Assembly (NCBI GenBank): GCA_049840735.1
Contig: JASGJN010000017.1
Location: 448,001-512,000, forward strand
Direction of reading: 5' to 3'
DNA: 64,000 bases
Source of the DNA: Anaeromyxobacter sp.
Lineage (GTDB): Bacteria > Myxococcota > Myxococcia > Myxococcales > Anaeromyxobacteraceae
Shown piece after piece: positions 56,631 through 64,000 of the stretch. Numbering within the stretch: the stretch's first letter is position 1; each line of letters starts with the position of its first letter. The translations under genes were made by a program, and so were the position numbers. The notes beneath the pieces were generated by a model. The model searched no databases. It was not told where the DNA came from and saw nothing but the letters and a program-made list of their open reading frames with translations.

Positions 56631-58769
56631 CTAGGGCGCCCCCGCCACCTTGTGGGCGCGGCTGCCCCCGGTGGCCAGGCTGGCGAGCTTGTCCACGTTG
56701 AGGATCAGCCCCACCCGCCCGTCGGAGAGGATGGCGGCGCCGGAGAGGAAGTCGGTGTCGCCGATGCCGCTGCCGAGCGGCTTGATGACCACCTGCTGCT
56801 GGGTGAGCACGTCGTCCACCACCAGGCCGACCTTGCGCCCCATCCCCTCCACCACCACCACGTGCCCCTCGGTGACGATCCGCTCCTCGCCCTGCATCTC
56901 CAGCAGGCGGTGGAGGCGGAGCAGCGGGAGGATCTCGCCGCGCACGTTGATGACCTCGCCGCGCCCGGCGGCGCGCGAGATCATGTCCTCGGTGGGGCGC
57001 AGCGACTCGACGATGGAGAGGCTGGGGACGATGTACTTCTCCGGGCCGCAGCTGATCAGCATGCCGTCGATGATGGCCAGCGTGAGCGGCAGCACCATCC
57101 GGAAGGTGGTCCCCTCGCCGTACCTGGAGTGGACCGAGACGCGCCCGCGCATGCCCTCGATGTTCCGCTTCACCACGTCCATGCCCACGCCGCGGCCGGA
57201 GATCTCGGTCACCTTGGCGGCCGTGGAGAAGCCGGGCAGGAAGATGATGGCGTGGACCTCCTGGTCGTTCAGCTCCTGCCCGTCGCCGACGAGCCGCTTC
57301 TCGCGGGCCTTGGCCAGGATCCTCTCGCGGTTGAGGCCGCGCCCGTCGTCGGCCAGCTCCACCACGATGGAGCCGCCCTCGTGGTAGGCGCTGAGCCGCA
57401 TCACCGCGCGCCCGGGCTTGCCCTGCTTGATGCGCTCGGCGGCCGGCTCGACGCCGTGGTCCACCGCGTTGCGCACCAGGTGGACCAGCGGGTCCTCGAT
57501 CCGCTCCACCATGGAGCGGTCGATCTCGGTGTCCTCGCCGGCGACCTCCAGGATCACGTCCTTGCCGGTCTTGCGCGACAGGTCGCGGACCAGGCGGGCC
57601 ATCTTCTGGAAGACGCCGCGCACCGGCACCATGCGCATGCGCATGGCCACGTTCTGCAGGTCGCGGCTGATCTTGGTGAGCTGGTTGAGGTAGTTGCGCA
57701 GCTTGAGGGAGCTGACGCGCTGCAGCTCCGGAGCGTGGACCACCATGGCCTCGACGATGATCAGCTCGCCGATCATCTCGACCATCGAGTCCACGCGCTC
57801 CAGGTCCACCTTGACGGTCTCGCGCAGCTGCGAGCCGGCGCGGGCCGCCTCGCCGGCGCCCTCCGCCTGCGGAGGCGGCGGGGAGGCGGGCGGGCCGCGC
57901 ACCACGTACTCGGGCGCCGTGGAGGGCTCGGCCGCTGCCGCCGGCGCCGGAGGCGCAGCGGGCGCGGCCGCCTCGGGGGCCGGGGCCGCGGGCGCGGCGG
58001 GGGCCGCCACCGGCGTGAGCGTCAGGGCCGGCGCAGGGGCGGGAGGGGCCGGCGCAGGGGCGGCCTCCTCCTCGGCGGCGCGGGAGGCCACGGCGGCGAT
58101 GCGGGCCACCAGGGCCGGCACGCCCGGGTCGGAGGCCAGCTCGATGCCGGCGTCCACCGCCGCGCGCAGCCGCTCCAGCAGCCGGCGCAGCACCGCGGTG
58201 GCCTCGAAGGTCACGTCGAAGGCGTCGCCGCGCAGCTCCAGGCGGCCGTCGCGGATGTGGTTGAGCAGGTTCTCGGTGGTGTGGGCCAGCGAGACGATCT
58301 CGGCCAGCTCCAGGAAGCCGGCCACGCCCTTGATGGTGTGGAAGACGCGGAAGAGCGCGTGGACCTTGTCCGGCTCGGGCCCGTTCTTCTCCACCGCCAG
58401 CAGCATCTCGTCGGCGCGGTTGAGCCCCTCCCCGCTCTCCTCCAGGAAGTCGCCGATCAGCTCGATGGTCTCGGCGTCGCGCCTGGCGCTGGCCGCCGTG
58501 GAGACCACCGTCTCCGGCTCGGCGCGGGGCGCCGCGCCGTCGTCGGCCAGCAGCGCCGCGATCCGGCGCAGCGGCTCGGCGGCGTCGACGCCCAGCTCGC
58601 CCCGCAGCCGCTCCGCCTCGGCCGCCAGCGGCGCCGGGAGCGCCCCGGCCGCCGCCGCGTCCGCCAGCGCACGCGCCACCTCGCCCACCGCCACCGGGTC
58701 GGAGGGGTCAGCCTCGACCACCGCCGCCCCCAGCGCGGCCAGCAGGTCCGCCGTCGTCCGTGCCGACAT
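56631..58769 (-). CDS. cheA: Chemotaxis histidine kinase CheA (no obvious P2 domain)
   Basis: FRVFHTIKG, HLVRNAVDHG, DDGRG, PGFSTA..SGRGVGMDVV, P5 domain. Confidence 0.95.
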   Translation of the reverse strand: MSARTTADLLAALGAAVVEADPSDPVAVGEVARALADAAAAGALPAPLAAEAERLRGELGVDAAEPLRRIAALLADDGAAPRAEPETVVSTAASARRDAETIELIGDFLEESGEGLNRADEMLLAVEKNGPEPDKVHALFRVFHTIKGVAGFLELAEIVSLAHTTENLLNHIRDGRLELRGDAFDVTFEATAVLRRLLERLRAAVDAGIELASDPGVPALVARIAAVASRAAEEEAAPAPAPPAPAPALTLTPVAAPAAPAAPAPEAAAPAAPPAPAAAAEPSTAPEYVVRGPPASPPPPQAEGAGEAARAGSQLRETVKVDLERVDSMVEMIGELIIVEAMVVHAPELQRVSSLKLRNYLNQLTKISRDLQNVAMRMRMVPVRGVFQKMARLVRDLSRKTGKDVILEVAGEDTEIDRSMVERIEDPLVHLVRNAVDHGVEPAAERIKQGKPGRAVMRLSAYHEGGSIVVELADDGRGLNRERILAKAREKRLVGDGQELNDQEVHAIIFLPGFSTAAKVTEISGRGVGMDVVKRNIEGMRGRVSVHSRYGEGTTFRMVLPLTLAIIDGMLISCGPEKYIVPSLSIVESLRPTEDMISRAAGRGEVINVRGEILPLLRLHRLLEMQGEERIVTEGHVVVVEGMGRKVGLVVDDVLTQQQVVIKPLGSGIGDTDFLSGAAILSDGRVGLILNVDKLASLATGGSRAHKVAGAP

Positions 58770-58780
58770 TCCCCGTCCTC

Positions 58781-59251
58781 CTAGAGCGTGTTGAACGCGA
58801 GGCGCCCGGGCATGTAGCCGGGGACCTCGACCGCGACCACGCGCGTCTCGTCCGACTCCCGCGCGGCGGCGAGCACCTTGGGATCCAGCTCGCCCGGCGG
58901 GAACCACGTGGCCGCCAGGCCGAAGCGCCGCCCGCTCATCGAGACGAAGCGGGCCAGCACGTTCATGACCTCGGCCAGGTTCTGCTGCAGCGAGGGCTCC
59001 AGCCCCTGGGCGGCCACCGCGTCCTTGACCGCGCCGGGCGGCACCACCGACAGCGCCGCGGCCAGCGAGGCGGCCAGGGGCAGCTCCACCAGCAGCGCCA
59101 CCTCCTGCACCGGCTCCTCGGTCCGGTAGAGGCCGATGGCCACCGGATCCGGCGGCAGCCCCTCGGCCGGCTTCACCTTCAGCTCGCGCATCACGAGCCC
59201 GCTCAGCATCTTCTCGAGATCCGGGTTGGGTGGGAGCGGGACGACGCGCAT
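58781..59251 (-). CDS. Chemotaxis-operon protein with CheC/CheX-type ExxN motif
   Basis: LAAALSVVP...NLAEVMNVLA; lies between cheX and cheA. Confidence 0.6.
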   Translation of the reverse strand: MRVVPLPPNPDLEKMLSGLVMRELKVKPAEGLPPDPVAIGLYRTEEPVQEVALLVELPLAASLAAALSVVPPGAVKDAVAAQGLEPSLQQNLAEVMNVLARFVSMSGRRFGLAATWFPPGELDPKVLAAARESDETRVVAVEVPGYMPGRLAFNTL

Positions 59252-59261
59252 GGCTCGACCT

Positions 59262-59730
59262 CTAGCGTCCGCGTGGGAACACCAGCATGAGCGAGAGCTC
59301 CACGTCGCCCATCTTCACGTCGCTCACCACCACGGCGGTGTGCTCGGTGGGCTGCGCGGGGCCGCGGAAGTAGACCGGCAACCCCATCTGCAGCGGGTTG
59401 AGCCGGTCCAGCAGCCGGCCCTTGACGCCGCCGGCCACGATGTTGACGATCTCGTTGACGGCGTCGGCCATCTCGGCGGGATCCAGGTCCGGTTCGGACG
59501 GAATCCATCATCATCAGCGCCTTGGCCAGGCGCTGCGCGCCGGGCTCCTCGGCGGCGACGCCGATCTGGACGGCGCCGGCCGGCGACACCAGCGCCAGGT
59601 AGGCGCCCTGGTAGGTGGGCCTGGGCTCGACGTGCCGGGCGCCCACCTTCACGTCGGCCTGGCCCAGCGCGTTGCGGGCCACCTCTTCGAAGGCCGCCTC
59701 GAGCTCGGGCTGCAGGTCGGCGAAGTTCAC
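59262..59730 (-). CDS. cheX: CheX-like phosphatase; frameshift near 59503
   Basis: LAKALMMM(D)...MADAVNEIVNIVAGGVK...MGLP. Confidence 0.75.
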
Positions 59731-60086
59731 GAGAGCACCGGGGCGAGCGCCGCCTTGATGGCCTCGGGGGTGAACGGCTTGGTGAGCATGAACAGGGCGC
59801 CGGACTGGAAGGCCAGGTCGCGCATGGAGGGGTCGCTCTCCGAGGTGACGAACCCCATCTTCACCTGGTTGCCCTCGGCCCGGAGCGCCTGGAGGAGCTC
59901 GATGCCGCTCATCTCCGGCATGTTCCAGTCCGCCATCACCAGCGTGGGCGGGGTGGCCCGGATGGCCTTCAAGGCCTCGGCGCCGTTGGACGCCTCGACG
60001 AAGGTCACCTCGTACCCGGCCTGGCGTACGGCCCGCATCACGATGCTGCGCATGGCCTTCGAGTCGTCGACCACCAAGATTTGCAT
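59727..60086 (-). CDS. cheY: Single-domain response regulator (CheY-like)
   Basis: MQILVVDDSKAMR, ADWNMP, FVTSE, KPF. Confidence 0.9.
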   Translation of the reverse strand: MQILVVDDSKAMRSIVMRAVRQAGYEVTFVEASNGAEALKAIRATPPTLVMADWNMPEMSGIELLQALRAEGNQVKMGFVTSESDPSMRDLAFQSGALFMLTKPFTPEAIKAALAPVLS

Positions 60087-60122
60087 GTGTCCCTCGCGCT
60101 GAGCGTCCGGCCCAGGGTCTCC

Positions 60123-60139
60123 TGCGAGCGGCGTGCCCA
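60123..60139 (-). promoter_or_regulatory. sigma-54 promoter for the cheY-cheX-cheA operon
   Basis: Minus strand tgGGCACGCCGCTCGCa. Confidence 0.6.
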
Positions 60140-60380
60140 GCGGCCCATCCGGCCGCAGGGCGGGTTTCCCCCGTCGGTCAGCCCATCGGCGCGTGCACCC
60201 ACCCCTCCGGACGCCCCCGGGGCACCGGGGCCCCCGGCAACCTGGGTCACGGGCGACACCCGGGCCGCACCCGCCGTCCCACCGTCCGCCCCCCGTGACC
60301 CGGGGACGGAAGGGCCGATAAACAGGGGCCTCCCGGCCGCGGGCTGGCCCTGCGGGTGCGGCCGACCCGGTCCTGGGCGG

Positions 60381-60396
60381 AGGCAAGCCGCTTGCA
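60381..60396 (+). promoter_or_regulatory. sigma-54 promoter for the cheX-REC-HDOD operon
   Basis: aGGCAAGCCGCTTGCa. Confidence 0.65.
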
Positions 60397-60451
60397 CCAG
60401 CCCGCGTCCGAGTTCGCGCACGCCGCGCGAAGAGAGGCACAAGTCACCTCA

Positions 60452-60904
60452 ATGCCGACCCTCCCGCCCCCCGAGACCATGGCTGCCGTCGTGTCCGGCG
60501 TGACCCAGACCATGCTCGGCCTCACGTTCGTCCCGGACAAGGAAGGCAAGCCCTGGAACGACTACGTGTGGCGCGCTGCGGTGCTCCCCATCCCCGGGGC
60601 CCGTCCGCTCACGGTGGGCCTCTCCTCGGACCGGCCTGGCTGCCACGCGCTCGGCGCGGCGATGTTCCAGGTCCCGGTGGACGAGGTGTCGGACGAGATG
60701 CTCTCCGACTCCCTCTGCGAGCTCGTCAACATGACCGCCGGGATGCTCAAGACCCAGCTCAAGCTCGAGCAGGCGCTGGGCCTCCCCAAGGTCGTCCCCG
60801 AGGGCCAGCCGCCCGTGCCCGGCCCTCCCCCCGACACCAACAGCGTGGTGCTGCGGGCCGAACACCTCGGCCTGGTGCTGTGGGTCTTCGAAGGTCTCGT
60901 CTGA
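60452..60904 (+). CDS. cheX: CheX-like phosphatase
   Basis: LGAAMF...DSLCELVNMTAG..LGLP. Confidence 0.75.
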   Translation: MPTLPPPETMAAVVSGVTQTMLGLTFVPDKEGKPWNDYVWRAAVLPIPGARPLTVGLSSDRPGCHALGAAMFQVPVDEVSDEMLSDSLCELVNMTAGMLKTQLKLEQALGLPKVVPEGQPPVPGPPPDTNSVVLRAEHLGLVLWVFEGLV

Positions 60905-60917
60905 ACCGGAGTCTGCA

Positions 60918-62107
60918 ATGCCCGCCATCCTGACCGTGGACGACAGCCGCGCCGTCCGCACCATCGTCGGCAAGCAGGTGAAGGAGCTCGGCTTCGAGGT
61001 GCTGGAGGCCGAGGACGGCATCCAGGGGCTCGAGCAGCTGGCCAACGCCCAGGTCGACCTGGTCCTGCTCGACGTCACCATGCCGAACATGGACGGTCCC
61101 ACCATGCTCCAGAAGATGCGGGAGGGTGGGAACCAGACGCCGGTGATCATGCTGACCTCCGAGTCCAAGCGCTCCATCGTGGCCGGAGCCATGAAGGTCG
61201 GCATCTCGGACTACATCCTCAAGCCCTTCAAGCCGGAGGAGCTGCGCTCCAAGGTGCTGGCGGTGCTGCAGGGCGAGAGCGGCGCCGACGCGGTGGCCGA
61301 CGCCGCCCCGCCGCCCGCCGCCGTCGCGGCGCCCGCCGGCGGCGGCATGACCGCCGTCCCCGACGGCCCGGGCCCCACCGCCGGCGGCGCCGGCGGCCGG
61401 TTCGTGGACATCATCGTGGTGGACGACATGGAGAACGTGCACAAGAAGCTGCGCTCCATGCTCCCCGGCCACGTCAGCCTCAACGCCTACACCAGCGCGC
61501 AGCAGGCGCTCACCGCCTGCCGCGAGCGCGTCTACCGCGTGGTGCTGGTGGACACCGAGATCCCCGACGTCAACAGCGCCGTGCTGGCCCAGCAGCTGCG
61601 GGTGCTGCAGCCGCACGCGGCGGTCGTGGCGCTGGCCCTCCGCACCTCCAACGACGTCACCAAGGAGGTCAAGGAGCAGGGGTTCGACGACGTGCTCTTC
61701 AAGCCGTTCCGGCCGGAGGTGATCGACGACTTCCTCCTCCGCTACTTCGACAACCAGGACTTCCTGCAGGTCGAGGACAACGTCCTCAAGGTGGCCCCCT
61801 TCACCGGCCGCGCCGACCGGGTCGAGCGGTTCTACGGGCGCCTGCACGGCGTCTTCCCGGACGCGCTGGAGAAGGTGGCGGCGGCCTGCTACGACGAGGT
61901 GGTGCTGGATTGGGCAGCCCGCCGGTGGAGGGCGACCGCCTGCCCAAGCTGGTGCTGGCGGTGGTGGCCAAGTCGCAGGAGTTCGGCATGTCGCTCTCGC
62001 TGGTGGGGCCGCCGGAGGTCCACAAGATCCTGGCCGGCTACACCGAGACCAAGGACATCCGGTTCTTCGGCACCATCCAGGAGGCCCGCTCCGGAGCGGC
62101 TGCGTAG
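60918..62107 (+). CDS. Tandem-receiver response regulator with STAS-like C-terminus; frameshift near 61910
   Basis: REC1 (VDDS, LDVTMP, LTSE, KPF), REC2 (VDDM, VDTEIP, KPF), then VVLDL...LSLVGP..V.KIL...FGTIQEA. Confidence 0.8.
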
Positions 62108-62113
62108 GACCCC

Positions 62114-62980
62114 ATGAGCGTAGACAAGCTGTCCAGCGAGCTCGAGGCCATCCTCGTCAAGCGGATCCAGTCGGATCAGCTCGTGCTCCCGACCATGCCC
62201 GCGGTGGCCACCCGCGTCCTCGAGGTGCTGCGCGACCCCGACGCAGGCATGAAGGAGGTCTCGCAGGTGCTGGAGAAGGACCCGGTGATCGCGGCCCGGG
62301 CCCTCCGCATGGCCACCAGCGCGGCCTTCGCCGCGGGCGGCAAGAAGGTCACGCTGCAGGAGGCGCTGGCGCGCATCGGCACCAAGGCGCTCAAGACGCT
62401 GCTGGTGGAGGCCTCCGCCCAGAAGCTCTTCGTCTCGCGCAACCCGCAGATCAACGAGCAGCTCCGCGGGCTGTGGGAGCACTCGGTGGCGGTGGGCATC
62501 CTGGCCCGCGACGTCCTGGCGCTCACCGGCGCGCCGGAGTCCGAGCCCGCCTACCTGGCGGGCCTGCTCCACGACGTGGGCAAGCCCATCGTGGCCACGG
62601 TCCTGCTGGAGCTGGAGCGGCAGGTGAGCGAGGTCTACCAGAAGGGCTGGATCGACTCCGGCGAGTGGATGACCGTGGTCGGCCGCGTGCACCGCAAGGT
62701 GGGCGTGGCGCTGGTGGAGAAGTGGCAGCTGCCCGGCACCATCGTGGCCTGCGTGCGCGACGCGGCGGAGTACGAGAAGGCCGAGCGCCACTCGCTCGCC
62801 AACGCGGTCTGCTTCGGCAACGCGCTGGCCAAGAAGTCCGGCATCTACAACGGCGCCATCGACGCCGAGGACAACGACGCGATCATCATGATCGGCCGCT
62901 CGGTCATCGGCATCTCCGACGACATCCTGCGGACCCTGACCAAGGGGCTCCGCGAGCGGGTGTCGGGCCTGTACGATTAG
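62114..62980 (+). CDS. HDOD-domain protein
   Basis: LPTMPAVA, DPVIAARALR, WEHS, LAGLLHDVGK, KWQLP. Confidence 0.9.
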   Translation: MSVDKLSSELEAILVKRIQSDQLVLPTMPAVATRVLEVLRDPDAGMKEVSQVLEKDPVIAARALRMATSAAFAAGGKKVTLQEALARIGTKALKTLLVEASAQKLFVSRNPQINEQLRGLWEHSVAVGILARDVLALTGAPESEPAYLAGLLHDVGKPIVATVLLELERQVSEVYQKGWIDSGEWMTVVGRVHRKVGVALVEKWQLPGTIVACVRDAAEYEKAERHSLANAVCFGNALAKKSGIYNGAIDAEDNDAIIMIGRSVIGISDDILRTLTKGLRERVSGLYD

Positions 62981-63110
62981 GCGGGGGCTGCGCCCTGGCG
63001 CTGCGGCGCCCGGGCCGAACCCGGCCGTTCGCCCTGAGCGTAGCGGCGCTCAGCGCCGCGGAGTCGAAGGGCGCCCCTCCCCCAGCTTCGCTGGGGCCCC
63101 CACCCTGCCC
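62981..63110. repeat. Second, inverted copy of the palindromic element, with a nested CCCTTCGAC...GCTCAGGGCGAACGG REP-like unit
   Basis: Reverse complement reads GGGTGGGGGCCCCAGCGAAGCTGGGGAGGGGCGC...GGGCGCAGCCCCCG, matching both ends of 40638-40794. Confidence 0.6.
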
Positions 63111-63253
63111 ACCTCGTCCTCGCCGCCCCCGCCGGCCTGGCCTCCCACCTGCACCTCCTCCGCGCCGTCACGCCCCTGACACGGCCCCCGCCGCCGTCGG
63201 CGTGACGTCCCCCTGACGCCGCCCAAGCTGCCGAAATTGCCGGGCTTCGCGAG

Positions 63254-63269
63254 AGGCACAGGCCTTGCT
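63254..63269 (+). promoter_or_regulatory. sigma-54 promoter upstream of fliL-fliM
   Basis: aGGCACAGGCCTTGCt. Confidence 0.7.
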
Positions 63270-63292
63270 CTTCCGCCGGTCCGGGAGACGAC

Positions 63293-63817
63293 ATGGCCGA
63301 TGCAGACAACGACGTGGCGGTGGTGAAGGGCGGCGGCTCCAAGCTGGTGCCCATCCTGCTCGCGCTCAACCTGGTGCTGGTCGCTGCGGTGCTGGGGGTG
63401 TTCCTGATGCGCGGCGCCGGCGCCCCGGCCCCGGCGGCCGAGGCCAAGGCCGGCGAGGGGCACGAGGCGGGCGAGGGCGAGCACGGCGAGGGCGGCGGCA
63501 AGGGCGGGGAGAAGCCCGGCCCCACCACCAAGCTGGCCGACTTCGTCATCCACCTCCGCGACCCCGAGGCCGACCGCTACGCGCGCGTCTCCTTCGAGAT
63601 CGAGGTCGCCACCGAGCAGGACAAGGAGCGGTTCACGGCCTACATGCCCAAGGTCCGCGACGCCTTCATCTCCTACCTCTCCGACCGGACGCTGGAGGAG
63701 CTGCGCGGCAGCGAGTCGATCGCGCGCACCAAGCAGGCGCTGACCGACCGCCTCATCCAGCTCGCCCCCGGCGTGAAGATCCACGCCCTCTACGTCACCG
63801 ACCTCGTCATCCAGTAG
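63293..63817 (+). CDS. fliL: Flagellar basal body-associated protein FliL
   Basis: N-terminal TM, FVIHL..RYAR, PKVRDA, YVTDLVIQ. Confidence 0.92.
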   Translation: MADADNDVAVVKGGGSKLVPILLALNLVLVAAVLGVFLMRGAGAPAPAAEAKAGEGHEAGEGEHGEGGGKGGEKPGPTTKLADFVIHLRDPEADRYARVSFEIEVATEQDKERFTAYMPKVRDAFISYLSDRTLEELRGSESIARTKQALTDRLIQLAPGVKIHALYVTDLVIQ

Positions 63818-63825
63818 GCCCCGCC

Positions 63826-64000
63826 ATGCCCGCCACCCTCAGCCCCGACGAGATCAGGGCGCTCATGAGCGCCATCCAGGACGGCCGCGTCAGCACCGAG
63901 GCCGCCGCTGGGGAGAAGTCGCAGGTCGTCCCCTACGACCTGACCAGCCAGGACCGGATCATCCGCGGCCAGATGCCCACGCTGGACGCCATCAACGAGC
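63826..64000 (+). CDS. fliM: Motor switch protein FliM, 5' part
   Basis: MPATLSPDEIRALM...PYDLTSQDRIIRGQMPTLDAINE (LSQ.EI.AL-like CheY-binding peptide); truncated by the window end. Confidence 0.9.
   Translation, partial: MPATLSPDEIRALMSAIQDGRVSTEAAAGEKSQVVPYDLTSQDRIIRGQMPTLDAINE

Overview
Very GC-rich bacterial chromosome segment. Gene content and style suggest Anaeromyxobacter-like Myxococcota (inference). The left half (1-32.7 kb) is metabolic: a tRNA-modification cluster (DTW protein, then a divergent TGT fused to an MnmC/MnmD-type methyltransferase, then a YheT hydrolase), a tetraheme cytochrome c/4Fe-4S/NrfD/monoheme cytochrome c quinol-oxidoreductase operon, a B12-radical SAM protein, ClC, MFS, M1 peptidase, acyl-CoA dehydrogenase, a hybrid kinase, egtBD, a MutS-like protein, map, a qNor + hemerythrin + GAF sigma-54 activator module, and a MetX-homoserine dehydrogenase fusion. 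The right half (32.9-64 kb) is a sigma-54-controlled flagellar/chemotaxis cluster (two bEBPs, flgBC fliEFGHI, MotE-like, fliK flgDE flbD motAB, MCP, cheW cheB, a cheY-cheX-cheA-cheR-cheD operon, a CheX/dual-REC/HDOD operon, fliL, start of fliM). Many genes carry single-base frameshifts, often at GATC, which look like long-read base-calling errors rather than pseudogenisation. The best candidate for a new system is the TGT-methyltransferase fusion: it keeps the TGT catalytic and Zn residues but has lost the three basic residues that read U35 of tRNA. No rRNA, tRNA, CRISPR array or transposase was seen.
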